In this document: in pieces, positions 13,470-27,004 of the stretch | Numbering within the stretch: position 1 is the first letter of the stretch | Layout: the number at the start of each line of letters is the position of its first letter | Assembly: GCF_009914755.1 (NCBI RefSeq) | Contig: NC_060945.1 | Strand: one strand, 5' to 3' | From: the human T2T-CHM13v2.0 reference genome, Homo sapiens | Length of the DNA stretch: 64,000 nucleotides | Position numbers and translations under genes: made by a program | Notes under the pieces: generated by a model | Databases searched by the model: none | What the model saw: only the letters and a program-made list of their open reading frames with translations | What the model was told of the DNA's origin: nothing

Positions 13470-13603
13470 ATGATATTACCAATCCCACCACTCTTGGTCT
13501 CTAACAGCCTGATGTTCTGCCTAATATTGAAAAGGACTTGCTTATTCACAATGGCACATGACTTTGCATCTCTTGCTGTATACGTTTTTTTTTTATTTAT
13601 TTA
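13470..13603 (-). pseudogene. Possible exon remnant, R4 CNBD end (Alu-interrupted)
   Basis: [28 protein letters not shown] resembles CNBD beta7-beta8-alphaB. Confidence 0.3.
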
Positions 13604-13604
13604 T

Positions 13605-13900
13605 TTTTTGTTTTTCTTTTTGAGATGGAGTCTCGCCCTGTCACCCAGGCTGGAGTGCAGTGGCACAATCTTGGCTCACTGCAACCTCCGCCTCCTGGGT
13701 TCAAGTGGTTCTCGTGCCTCAGCTACCAAGTAGCTGGGATTACAGGCGCATGCCACCACGACTGGCTAAGTTTTGTACTTTTAGTAGAGACGGGGTTTTG
13801 CCATGTGCCCAGGCTGGTCTCGAACTCCTGACCTCAGGTGATCTGCCCACCTCGGCCTCCCAAAGTTCTGGGATTGCAGGCATGAGCCACCATGCCCGGT
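13605..13900 (-). mobile_element. AluS
   Basis: Full-length antisense Alu. Confidence 0.95.
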
Positions 13901-13972
13901 CTTGCATATATATTTTACTGCACTTCAATCATTTAGCATTTTAACATTGACTTGTTATGGTTTCTTTACCAG

Positions 13973-14850
13973 AAATTTTGATTCATATGAAAATAATGTC
14001 AAAACAAATTCTGTTGTTTTTCACAAAAATTCTGAGTTTGGCTGCCATATTAATCAAGGGTAATAATGTGTGAAATAGTGGAATATTTCATTGAATGTTC
14101 GGTCAGCATACAGCTACTGCCACTATAAATTTAGATAATAATAAAATCTCATGTCGACTGTGTATCAAAATTTATCAGTAAACGGCAAATGGTTAAAACA
14201 GCCATGAGTTTTTAAAGAGTATTGGTATTAAAATTTGCGATTCTTAGGATGTTTTATATATGTCTTATTCTACATATGTCAAACGGTTAGATATGCCTTC
14301 TTAAGTTCAGCTGGGTATGGTTTTTATGTGATTACTTCAGCTAATCTACTGTTGAATGTAGTGATTGTGGTAAAATCATACCTAAGAATTTATCAACAAA
14401 TAGCGGCAAGTAACAAGTAGGTAAATAACTATAGGAATTATGTTTATATGCCAATGCTTAGTAAATCTTTTTGAAGTTAAGCTTTGAATTTTACACATTG
14501 CTGTATTAAACAACTCCAACTATTTTGACTTTAAAAAGTGCAAAAAGTTGTTTATAAGAAATTAATGCCTTCCTAAATATTTTTATATGATTGAAATTGT
14601 AAAGGGTAAAAGTATAAGTAATGCAGAATTATTTCTGAGAACTCTAAGAAGAAATCTAAATACAATAGTAATAAGAAAACAAATGGTCTAAGAGCCAAGA
14701 CAAAACTCTGTCACATCTAAAATGGAAATAGTACTCTGAAATAAGAAAGAGTAACTAGAAATGGAAAGCCCCAGTTGCAGTCAGCCGAGATCACAGCCAC
14801 AACTACCCAATAAGAAGAAATGTAACATGGGAAGGATGTTTCTAATATGG
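13973..14850 (+). pseudogene. Inverted exon remnant, R4 S4/5 linker-S5-pore(GYG)-S6-C-linker-proximal CNBD
   Basis: Plus-strand acceptor tttctttaccag|; NFDSYENNVKTNSVV, FTKILSLAAILI, ORF 14235..14420 YVLFYICQTVRYAFLSSAGYGFYVITSANLLLNVVIVV (GYG at 14313-14321), CLPKYFYM..ISNAELF, LPNKKKCNMGRMFLI. Confidence 0.7.
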
Positions 14851-14854
14851 GTAC

Positions 14855-15425
14855 TTAGGTCAGCTATAATGCCTGGCTTGCAAATCACAGAAAGTACAAC
14901 TCAAAGTAGCTTAAAAATGAGAGTATTGTATTGGCTTATATAACTGCAAAACCCAAAGTTAGGCCTTGTTTGAACGGTGCTTGAGCTACCTGTGCAAGCA
15001 TATCACCAAGGATACAGTTTCTTTGTCTTTCCAGAATGTTTTCTGCAGAGCTGGTTTCATTCTAAAGATGACTTTTTGTAATATCATGATGACTACAAAC
15101 ATCTCTGGAACACACACTTCCCAGAATACATTTGCACCATAGAGGAGAGTGTATGTGTCTTAGCATTCTCAGCAAATGTCTCAAAATTAATTATCTTTGC
15201 ATGGGCTAATGCTACATGCCCACCTGCTGAACCACACTTTGTATCCAGGGAGGTAGAATTAACCGATTAAAGTAGCTTTGATCACATACTCCATACCTAG
15301 AACTTTTTTTTTTAGCTTCCCTGGAGCCATATGGATCCACCGCCATCTCCACCAGAAAAATATCTGCTATTAATACCATTGGGAATAGGGAATAGGGGCT
15401 GGGAAGTCATCCAACAAATGTCCTC
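14855..15425 (-). mobile_element. Old MLT1 (J/K/L-type) LTR
   Basis: gtcagcta...ggcttgcaaatcacagaaa...ctcaaagtagcttaaa is the reverse complement of an MLT1 3' end. Confidence 0.6.
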
Positions 15426-15427
15426 AC

Positions 15428-16422
15428 TAGTAGAGAAATACAAGAATATTGGGGCAAATTAAACACATTACACAAATACAATAATTGATGTCCTGATGAA
15501 TTTTCCTCCAATCACGTCTTTCATATTCCTGGGTTACTGCAACCGCTTTTAGGTTTTTTGCTTTTTTTTTCCCCCTGGACAGAGAACTCTGTGCCAGCTG
15601 CTGGGTGCTGAGCACTTTTTTTTTTTTTTTTAGTATTTATTGATCATTCTTGGGTGTTTCTCAGAGAGGGGGATGTGGCAGGGTCATAGGATAATAGTGG
15701 AGGGAAGGTCAGCAGATAAACACGAGAACAAAGGTCTCTGGTTTTCCTAGGCAGAGGTACCTGCGGCCTTCCGCAGTGTTTGTGTCCCTGGGTACTTGAG
15801 ATTAGGGAGTGGTGATGACTCTTAAGGAGCATGCTGCCTTCAAGCATCTGTTTAACAAAGCACATCTTGCCCAGCCCTTAATCCATTTAACCCTGAGTGG
15901 ACACAGCACATGTTTCAGAGAGCACGGGGTTGGGGGTAAGGTTATAGATTAACAGCATCCCAAGGCAGAAGAATTTTTCTTAGTACAGAACAAAATGGAG
16001 TCTCCTATGTCTACTTCTTTCTACACAGACACAGTAACAATCTGATCTCTCTTTCTTTTCCCCACATTTCCCCCTTTTCTTTTCGACAAAACCGCCATCG
16101 TCATCATGGCCCGTTCTCCATGGTCTCTGTCTCTTCGGAGCTGTTGGGTACACCTCCCAGATGGGGCGGCCGGGCAGAGGCCTCCTCACCTCCCAGATGG
16201 GGCGGCCGGGCAGAGGCCTCCTCACCTCCCGGACGGGGCGGCCAGGCAGAGGCGCTGCAACGGCTTTTTGTAAGGGATACATAGAAAATAAAAATCATAC
16301 AGAACATGTAAACATAAAACTCAGCAATAGCATTCCTATCATTTGATGCTAAGACAAAATATATCACTGCCAGTTTTTTAGTCATAGACAATTCATAGGA
16401 ACTTAATCATTAGATATTAAAT
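15428..16422 (-). pseudogene. Exon remnant, R4 S2-S4, interrupted by SVA
   Basis: Acceptor catattcag|, donor |gtgagg; MIKFL*IVYD*KTG, NDRNAIAEFYVYMF, VLYDFYFLCIPY; continues past the SVA TSD as HQLLYLCNVFNLPQYSCISL. Confidence 0.6.
15551..16254 (-). mobile_element. 5'-truncated SVA (about 3 VNTR units, SINE-R, poly-A) with 3' transduction
   Basis: SINE-R 15632-16150, VNTR ggggcggccgggcagagg units, poly-T 15615-15631, TSD ctgcaac(c/g)gctttt at 15537-15550 and 16255-16268. Confidence 0.93.
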
Positions 16423-16512
16423 CTGAATATGAAGAGGATGTTCATTGACCTTATAATGAAATATGTGAATAAATACAAAATCAAAGTAATATTTAATTAA
16501 TAACTACTCTAC

Positions 16513-16696
16513 CAGAACAGCATATTTTGTATTAGTTATACGTACTGATATAAATAGGTAGCATTTCCTTGTACTCATTGTTCTGCTGACAAAAATTCTA
16601 TTATGGGAGAAAAATGGCAATAAAAAACTTATATTTGGATAAAAGTTCTGAGAAATCTTGAAGACTTTTAAGTGGAATGCATTTGAAATTAGAATT
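16513..16696 (-). pseudogene. Exon remnant (open frame), R4 S1-S2
   Basis: Acceptor atttctttcag|, donor ctg|gtagag, 90-nt intron to the next exon; ILISNAFHLKVFKISQNFYPNISFLLPFFS... Confidence 0.45.
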
Positions 16697-16893
16697 CTGA
16701 AAGAAATATGAATTTGTGGTAAAATTGTCAATAAAAATTAACACATTTTAAACAGATTAAAGAACACAGAATATGTCTGGACTCCATATGTGAAAATAAT
16801 ATGACAGAAAATTCAAGTTTTTACTTGAAAGAGGGCTTCATGAGATTAATCTGAGAACAAGAGTAAAATTTTTAGAGGTATAATTTAGTATAA

Positions 16894-17531
<638 letters not shown>

Positions 17532-17699
17532 TCACCCATCTTTTCTATACAAATTATAAATGAAATAATAGGAATAAAGAAAACCATCTTGTGAATCATA
17601 ACCATGCCCTCTCCGCTTGTTTAACAGGCAAGGAGACAACTTAAAGAGACCAAAGAACAACTGTGAATTTGTTTAAAATATGACGGTAGTAGAAAACAA

Positions 17700-18411
17700 A
17701 AAATATTTCAGTTTCAGTGAAAGAGAGTGTCTTTGTTTTTAGCTATGTGAAAAAATCACTGAGAACGGTTTTAGAAGATTAATAGTAACTTTACTTGCAG
17801 AAAATATAAATCATTGCTAGATTTGTGATGGACCATCTAACCTGAGTGACAAATTCAAAGGTAGCCACTACATTTCAGGAAGACCCAAGAGTTCCATAGA
17901 CATATACCATACTTTTAAGATTTAGCTATCATGATGCTTCATGAAAATAAAACAAAACCATAAAATGTTTTCAGTGGTATCAGTTCTTTACCTGGTTGAA
18001 TACTAGCATCTGCAAGAAGACTAATAATTTTCCAAAACATTTTAAGTGAAACTAAATCAAAAACTGCGGCCATCTCTACTGTTGAAAATATGTCACCCTA
18101 TATATCATTATGCATTACAAATGAACACTCTAAGAACAAATTAAATTAAATTCAGACCTTCTTTACTTGTTATACATACTTCTAGCTGATGGTATCTCAC
18201 CAGTGATATTTTATTTCTTCTATATGAAATGAAAGATTTCAACATATTTTTGAAAATATAATTAAGTTTTATTTAAGTCTGAAAAAATATTTTTTTCTCA
18301 TTTGAAGCATCCATTGATGCCTTCTCCTGATATCTAGCCCATTTCCCTATCACTAAAGCATTTATACATTTACAGAGGAGTGATTATGTATTATCCATAT
18401 TACAGATCCCT
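17700..18411 (-). pseudogene. Exon remnant, R3 S6 end-C-linker-CNBD
   Basis: KWARYQEKASM, FQKYVEIFHFI*KK*NITGEIPSARSMY, CSFVMHNDI*GDIFSTVEMAAVFDLVSLKMFWKIISLLADASIQPGKELI (aligns nearly gap-free to CNGA-type LPDKLRAEIA..IF..L..FSPG), YGTLG..SITNLAMIYIFCK. Confidence 0.7.
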
Positions 18412-19164
18412 CTGGAGGTATCAGCATAAAACAAATAAAAATTGAGTCAATTTCTGCTTAGAGTAAATTAATCTATGTCATATTTCACTCATGATCATTT
18501 TTATTTTCTGTTCAAAGGTGCTAATTTAGTCAATTAATTAAAGGAACTTTTTTCTAGCACACACATCAATATGCTTTATCAAATATTGGAAGTTTTTTTT
18601 TTTCTGTTTACAACTGTAGTGAGATTTAACCAGTGATATTAGACTCTATTTCACTAAACTGAATAGAATCCTTTCGGGAATCAAGAGTCTTTTAGCACTT
18701 ATTTGTTCTTTAGTTTAACTGTGAAAAGAAAAATAATTCAGCAGGATTCATCAAACAATGCCAAATTATGAATTAAGATACGAATGATGCATTAAGTTTC
18801 TTAGTGGACAGATATAGCACATTGTAACAGACAATTTTCTGAGAAATGTAATTTATATTCAGAGATCCACAATCCATAGTGTATAATATGCATGCATATA
18901 AATAAAACAAAGTTGATCACCAAATTATTAACTACTGAGCTCTAATATTTTCCTTGCAGTTAACTAAATAAATGAGATCTTCATGGGTCTCTTTTGGGAT
19001 ATCTATACTGTAACAAGAAGATAGGAAATTTAAGCTTAAATCAGTTGTATTAACACCAATAGTGAGTGAAAACTTTCAAGGATTTTTTTTTACATGTTGA
19101 CATGAAGAGGAGAAAGTAAAATTTAACATTAGTTCATTCAGGTTTTATACTTGTTGGTATTTTA

Positions 19165-19490
19165 CAGATTGAATGTTTATGTGTCCCCTCCCTAAAATTC
19201 ATGCTTTGAAACATAACTCCCAATGTAATGGTATTTGTAGGCAGGGCCTTTGAATGAGTGTCCTTATAAAAGAGATCACAGAGAGATACCTCACCCCTTC
19301 TGCCATGTGAGGACACAGTAAGAAGATGGCACTCTAGGAACCAGGAAGAGGGCCCTCAACAGACAATGAATCTGTAACCGTGATCTTGGGCTTTCCAGCT
19401 CCAGAATTGTGAAAAATGTATTTCTGTTGTTTGTAAGCCATCCAGTCTATATTATTCTATTATGGCAGCCCGAACTGACTAAGGCAGGTA
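19165..19490 (+). mobile_element. MLT1A/B LTR
   Basis: MLT1 consensus motifs. Confidence 0.8.
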
Positions 19491-19700
19491 GTGTCTTAGT
19501 GTCCTAGGGCTCCTATAACAAAGTACCAGAAATTAGCTCGTTTAAAACAACAGAAATCTGTTCTCTCACAGGTCTTGAGACTGGCAGCCTGAAACCAAGG
19601 AGTTGGCAAGGCCATGCTGCCTCTGAAACTCCTGGGGAGGACACTTCCTTCCCTCTTACAAATCTGGGTAAGCTCAAGTGTCCCTCAGCCAAAAGATGGC
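19491..19700 (-). mobile_element. MLT1 LTR fragment
   Basis: ctataacaaagtacca...aaacaacagaaat. Confidence 0.7.
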
Positions 19701-20118
19701 CTACCAAGAGGGTCATTTGATTAGAAATGCATGTTCACGAGGGGTCTTCAGCATTGACTTATCTATCTCCAAAAGGAATAGCATAAAATCACAGAATTGA
19801 AAGAACCTGTGTGTCTCATAACTTGAAATTTGTAAACTACTTACCAGATCATACCATCTATAGTGAACTGTCGATTAATAGTTTCTATAAATTCTGAAGT
19901 TAACTTGTAAATAGTAAATTATATTTTCATCTTGAAAGGATTAATCTGTTTAATGTGAACAGGTAAGGTAGACTAGAATTTTATTAACTTTTTTTAAAAA
20001 AAACCTTGATTTTTTAATATAAGTGTCAAAAATAAAAAGTGGCCTGTGCCTCTTCAAAATTTTAAAAAATACAAGAACTTAGAAGGTTTTTGTTTCTGAG
20101 CCTGGTTTATTGGAGAGT

Positions 20119-20590
20119 GTGTGATAGGTAACCTCTAGGATGCTATCACCTATGAACCTATGAACCCTGCCTCCTGGAATTCACCCATTGTGTGTAATCC
20201 CTTTCCCTGGAGTGTGAGCTGGACTTCTTGACTTGCTTCCAAGAAGAGATTAAGATGAATGTGATGGGATGTTACTTCTAAGATTAAGTTTTAAGAGACT
20301 GTGGCTTCCATACTGTTTGTTCTCTTGTGCTGTCTCGTAGATCGTTTGCTCTGGACATGCTCCTGGAGAAACTCATGTGATTAGGGAAGTTAGAAACTGA
20401 TTCCCCATCTAGTTGAGCCTTCAGATGAGACTGCAGCCCCAGTCAAGAGCCTGACTGCAATCTAATGAAAACCTTGAGCCATGCCCAGGATCCCTGATCC
20501 ACAAAAACTGATAATAAATGTGTATTGTTTTAAGCCTTTGAACCACTAAATTGTGGAGGAATTTGTTATGCAACCACAGATGACTAATAA
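20119..20590 (+). mobile_element. MLT1F-type LTR
   Basis: gagccttcagatgagactgcagccc; ataaatgtgtattgttttaagcc. Confidence 0.8.
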
Positions 20591-20679
20591 GGAGGAAGGG
20601 GAAAGGCCGAGGATTCTATTATAATATAGTGTTAAGGTCATGTGCTTAGGAATCAGTTTTTCCAATAACTTAAAAACAT

Positions 20680-21360
20680 TTTATTCAAGTAATATATTAC
20701 TTTAGCTAGATCAAAAATTTCAAATACCAAAGATATAAAAAGAGTAACATTTAATCTCCAATCTCCTTTAATTCTACATCCCTCTCCTGAGTTAATCAAA
20801 CAGTTATTTTCCCAAACATTTTCTCTGCATTTACATTTTCATATATGATTTTTTATTTCACAGGAATGACATGGAATAGTCTACAACCATTTTTTAAATT
20901 AACCAGTCCTGAAGACCTTCCCACAGATGTACACAGATGTCTAATTTTATTATTTTAGCTGCTGCTGAAATCAATAACATATCTATAACACAATTTTATT
21001 TAATCTACCCTGACTATTACACATTTGGGTTATTTCTAATATTTTACTCTGACCAAAACTGTTGCAATTAATAGACTTGTGCTTATCTTTTTGTGCTCAT
21101 GAACTAGGTGTTTCTAAGACAGACTTGTAGAGGTAGAATTTCAAAGGACATGACAGTTTTTGATAGAAAGACTCAAATTATCCTTTTTAGCAGAATAACA
21201 ATTCACACTGTCACAGCAGTGTACTCCAATTCTGGTTTTCCCACATCTATGTCAATACTAGATTTTTAAAACAGTTTTAGAACACATTCCACCCGCTTCT
21301 TCCACCCCGCAGAAGAATGACGTATTTTGCATTTCTTCTGATTTTCATAATTTACTTTTG
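20680..21360 (-). mobile_element. Old L1 (L1ME-type) fragment
   Basis: Degenerate antisense ORF2 end and 3'UTR. Confidence 0.55.
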
Positions 21361-21414
21361 AAATGGTTTAGATCTTTAAATCACCTGGGATGTTTTCAGC
21401 AATGTTTAATTGAC

Positions 21415-21624
21415 CTATAGATTGAGTTTGGAGAAGATTATAACACTAACAAGAAAATAGGTAGTATTTTCAATGGACTCTAAATTAACCCATTGAATAC
21501 AAACCTGTTGAATTCCTCATTTCCTTCTCATCAGAATATCCTGCAGTTCTTCTATTACCTAGTTGATAATCTGTAAAGAGTCATCAAATTGAACTGATTA
21601 AATTGCCTGGGGGGTTTTGGTCAT
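21415..21624 (-). pseudogene. Possible exon remnant, R3 pore-S6 start
   Basis: AG/GT-bounded unique segment at the expected position; weak motifs (LFTDY, NSTGL, SIENTTYFLVSVIIFS). Confidence 0.35.
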
Positions 21625-22150
21625 CTGCCATTGAAAGGTACAGTGACTTCCTAGAACCCAGATCTTGATTTCTACATACTATTATTCACTAAAAAACAAA
21701 TGAAAAGCCAAATGACAACAACAGAAACTGAGGTTCCTTAGAGAAACGACTAAATCAGCAGCAGGGTTGGAGAAAGTATGAGATAAGACTGGAACATCTT
21801 GTGACAGAAAGTATGGAAGTGGTTACAGGATGATGGACACATGCGAAAACGACATGGGAGTGGGCTTGAGAGATCTCCACCTGGCCCAATTAGAACAATT
21901 TAGGCATCGACCTAAATAATGATGGTAACTTATTATAATCTACTGAATAAAATAAGAATCCACAAGTCTATGATAGAAATAAATATGTGGAGAAAATAGA
22001 GAGAGAAAAGTTTCTTAGAATGCCAACTAATAAACGTAGACATGATGATAGGAAATTACCATTCAGCAACTGTCAAAGCAATACCTGATCTCGGCAAGAA
22101 TCATCAATGAATGCTAAACCTCGTGAGTGAAAGTAATATGAAAAATAGAT

Positions 22151-22254
22151 TGTATCGGTCAGAGTTCTCCTGAGACACAGATTCAACAGAATCTGTTACA
22201 TCTCTCTATTTATATTTATATAAAATATAAAATTATACATATAGACATATATTC

Positions 22255-22293
<39 letters not shown>

Positions 22294-22617
22294 TGTAATT
22301 TAAGGAATTGGTGCATATGATTGTGGCGGCTGGCAAGTCAGGCCAGCAGGCTGAAAACAAAGGCAAAATTTCTGTGTTACAATCTCAAGGCAGAATTCTT
22401 CCTCTCCAGAAAACTTCAGGTTTTGTTCCTAAAGCCTTCAGTTAATTGAATGATGCCCAATCACATTACTGAGAGTAACCTTCTTTATTTAAAGTGAACT
22501 GATTGGAAACAATACTCACACCTACAAAGTATGTTCACAGCAACATCTAGATTTATATTTGACCAAACAACTAAGCACCATAGCCTAGCCAAGCTGACAT
22601 GTAAATTAATCATCACA
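22151..22617 (-). mobile_element. MLT2 (ERVL) LTR with internal (CA)n
   Basis: tgtatcggtcagagttctcc...aattaatcatcaca. Confidence 0.85.
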
Positions 22618-22912
22618 GAGATATTTATGTAACCTCAAAATAATTCACTATAAATGTATTAATCATAAAGGGAGAAATACTAGCTTTATAGACATCAAGC
22701 TATTCATTTGATCAAAGTTAACATCAAAGTTAGTGGGACAAATCCTCACATGATTCTGAGGTTTTCCTATCAAAAAAGCCCAATATTTTCTAAGTATAAG
22801 GGAACCTATGACAGACCCAACTGAAGAATATTCTGTAAAATAATTGGACTATACTCTTATAAAATGTCAGGGTTATGAAAGACGAACAAGACTGAGAAAG
22901 TGTTCAATACTA

Positions 22913-23220
<308 letters not shown>

Positions 23221-24115
23221 CAACACATGGTCCTGGATTGGATATTTGACAGTGAGGGGGCGCCAGAAGCTGGAGGAGAAGGCTTTAAAGTACACAATTC
23301 ATTGTTAGGACAATTGACGAAATTTTGTAAAAATAACATGTGTTAGATAATAGTATATCTATATTGATTTTTCTTACCTGAATAATTATAGTCTGGTTAT
23401 TTAAGAGTATATACTTTTTCTTAGGAAATACACACTGGTATTTACAGGTCAAGCAGCAAGATTTCTGCAGCCCTCTCTGATGGTTCCAAAAAGTTCATAA
23501 ATAGATTGATAAACAGACAGGATAATAAAGTAAGTGAGACAAAATGTATACATTGGTCAATCGAGGTCAAGAATATACAAGAGTTATTCACATGATTCTT
23601 GTAACTTTTCACTAAACTCAAAATTATGACCCAAAAGAGCAATGTTTACAATGTGTTTCTCATCGTATTGGTAATTTACATTTTTTTGGAAGTGGAAATT
23701 TTTTTTCAAATATTTTGGCTATAGGTCTGTTTCTTAGATACTTAGTTCAACACAAACCCCACCATTTAATTCTCTAAGGAATTTAGGAGCTCTCTTTCCC
23801 ACAATTCAATTTCCAATAGATACTATGATTACTATGAAACCTATGATTTATAGATTTCAAAGTGCTGTACATCACAAAGCAGCATGGGATTAATTTAAAA
23901 GTGTTCAGAATTAGGAGACTAGGCTAATAGTCCAGAGCCATGAGTGCTTATATTTAAGTATTCAACAATATAAATGAGTACATTACTCACATGAATACTA
24001 AGATTCTTACTGTTGATGAACTATTTTGTAATACTATTAACCATTTTTAATTAAAATTATCATTGCGTATGTTGAGTTTTAACGTAGAAAGAGAATAAGA
24101 CTCCTTCGGGAGGTA

Positions 24116-24350
24116 GTTTTTTTTGTTTTGTTTTGTTTTTTGAGGCAGGCTTTCACTCTGTTGCCCAGGCTAGAGTGCAGCAGCATGGTCACAGTTCATA
24201 TGAGCCTCGACAACCCCGGGCTCAGGTGATTCTTCTGCCTCAGACTCCCAAATAGCTGGGACTACAGATGTGTGCTACCATGCCCAGCTAACCTTTTAAT
24301 TTTTGTAGAGATGATGTTTCGCCATGTTGCCCAGGCTTGTCTTGAATCCA
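24116..24350 (-). mobile_element. AluJ, partial
   Basis: Antisense Alu. Confidence 0.85.
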
Positions 24351-24433
24351 GGAGATAATTATTATATGGATATACTTAGGAATATTTTTAGTGATCTAAG
24401 TAACCAGAAAAAGAGGATCCCTTATTATTCTAC

Positions 24434-24995
24434 CTTCTGACTAGGCTTCACTGAAAACTCTGCTTGTTTTTATGCATAACAAAACTCAGATAATAACTGG
24501 AGAGAAATAACAATTCATTCTTCACAGTAATTCATGCAATTTAGTAATTAAAAATATTAGTTTCCATTTTTATTCCTGGTTCAAATGTGGTAAATGCAAA
24601 CCAGAAAAATTATTAGTCCGATATTGCTAATTAAAACATTCTGTGTCTGTGAGTTACACTTTTAGAAATCAAAAACAGCAATGGATAAAGAAAGTATATT
24701 TTCAGAAATGTAGATTTGTTATTTAAAAATAAAAAGCAGAAATTTTGACAAAAGATATTCTTGAAGACGAACTGGCCATACTGTTCAAAACTGTGTGGTC
24801 GTGGTTTTGAATATAAATGCAATTTCTTATGTATAAAAATAGTTATTTCATGAAGAATTGTACTTCAGTGGAAAATATAATTGAGAGATTACAATTTTTA
24901 AAAAATCATTTACTGCTATTGAAGGTACTGGTAAGTTTCTTTAATAGTTTTACAAATTCCATCCCACTTAGTACTATGGCAATATAAAATTCTAT
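24434..24995 (-). pseudogene. Exon remnant, R3 S1-S5
   Basis: ILYCHSTKWDGI, YFYT*EIAFIFKT (S2), LQEYLLSKFLL, YFLYPLLFLI (S3), KMETNIFNY*IA*IT (S4-S5 linker); donor aag|gtagaa. Confidence 0.55.
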
Positions 24996-25779
24996 CTAGC
25001 ACATAAATTCTAATTTAATAAATCAACAAAGTATTGTTATGTTTTACTGTGGTTACTAACAACCTTAAGGTCTGTGGCCATCAAGGCAAAACAGTCTCCA
25101 ATCAAAGCCTGGAATGAAGGAGTTAACCATATTATCCATGTGATTTTTGTACACTAAAGAATTAGGTTCTCTAATGTAAATATATATATTATATATATAT
25201 GTGGTTGTTGACAAACATTTTGGACAACTGATTAGATAACAGAGTGAAATGATAACTAGAAAGTTATTCTGCAATCTAAGTACTGTTTGATAGTACATAT
25301 TCTTGGAGAATACATTCCAAACTTAGAATATTTAGGATATTAAATCGTTTCCAGTTACTTTTTCATTCTCTGATTAGATCACAATTTTATCAGTATATGA
25401 AGTCGCCACTTGTTTCACTAAAATGAGTGTCGTGATGAGGCAGCATTATATTTCTTCATTAACAACAGTGTTTGTGTTTCAGCCGTGTTTTCAGAAGGTT
25501 ATGATAGAATCATTCTGATTCCTTTTTAATGTCTTGGCCTATTTGTGAGGAAAGGCAAATATAGGAAACACGGCTGAATCCAAACTGCTGTCCGTTAACT
25601 GAACCTATATTTGAAATAAAAGTATTACTTTAGCTATAACCATAATATTCTTTCATAAAATGACCTAAAGACAATGGCAGTTGCCTGATGGAGCAGCTTC
25701 CTGTGTAAGATGACTGCCTAACTAGAATTTATGTGCAGTATTTAATGTGTGGAGTTGCATTTTGAAACCAAGAACTTTG

Positions 25780-26365
25780 CTCCCCTTCCACGGCTACTGC
25801 TCTGATTCAAGCTACTACCACTTCCTCCCTGGACTTATGCAATATCCTGAATGATCTCCCTACATCTTCTCTTGCTCAATTAGAATTCATTTTTACATAG
25901 TAGCAGAGTAACATTACATTCCTGTTCAAAACCTTCCTGTGACTTACAATTGCACCTAAAATTGAAATGTACATGATCCGACCACAACCTCCCTCTGCTG
26001 CTTTGGCCCATCTGGCCCTCTTTCTGTTTTTCTGATAGATACACCAATGTGGATTCTGCCTTGGGTCCTCTGCATTCCTGGTCTCCTCTGCTCTTCTACC
26101 ATCTCTTTTCCAGGCGTGCTCCTTCCCATCATGCAGCTCTCAACCCAAAGGTCTCCGTTCCAGATCTGCCTTCTCTGTAAGTTTCTCAACACACCTTTGC
26201 ATTGTCTTCATAATATTTACCACTATCTGTCATTACCTTGTTAGTTTATGTGTCTTTTTTCTTCCTAATGAAAATAAAAACTCAGCGAGTATAAGGATAT
26301 TTGTTCCTAGGAGGATGTCTAGTATAAAGGGGGAACTCAATAAATATTTGTTTTATAAAATGAAT
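25780..26365 (+). mobile_element. L2 3' end
   Basis: Pyrimidine-rich L2 body ending ctcaataaatatttg. Confidence 0.7.
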
Positions 26366-27004
26366 CTTCAAAACTGGTATCATTTTTCTGCTGTAATTGA
26401 AACGTTATTGTCCTAGTGTTATAAAGTGTGTAGATATTATTTTCCTTTAAGCATTTACATGACACAGATTCTGATCATTGTTGGATTTGCAAACAACACT
26501 TAATTGAAAGAAGGAAGTGGCAAACGGTTATGTCTTGCTTCATTGCAGTGAAATAATATTTATTATTCTATTGTTTAAAACATTGAGCAGGCAGAGTCTG
26601 CTTCCTGGAAATAACATGAGTCAGATTCTAACCATGTGCTGATTGCATATTCTCCATTGTAATCATAGGATCAGACACAAATGAAAACTGTGCACAAACA
26701 CCTCTCTGGGCACTTGAGCATTGGACAGTCAACAGGAGCCCTTCACTAGATTCAGCTTCTTAAGGTTCAGCTTCCTACCTAGCTCTAAATCTATACCCTC
26801 AGCACCTGGCATAGTACATGGTGATGGATATAAGATGAACAAATAATATAGGTGAAAATTGATCAACCTACTATTATCAGTCATCAATAAATGAGAAAGG
26901 TTGGCTCTAAAACTTTATTTCCAAGCCAGGCATTTTTCTATGAGAAAATAAGTTCCTGATTCTAATGTTAGCTGTCTAAGTTAGCTCATTTAAACGCAAA
27001 TTTT

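Noticed and set aside
15644-16346. ORFs with RRPLPGRP repeats
   Set aside because: SVA SINE-R and VNTR translations.
24704-24930. Plus-strand exon-like segment ending in gtaagt
   Set aside because: Stops in the frames examined; better explained as the antisense of the R3 S1-S5 remnant.
25064-25170. AG/GT-bounded minus segment between the R2 CNBD and R3 S1
   Set aside because: Position fits a linker exon, but there is no diagnostic motif and the donor is weak.
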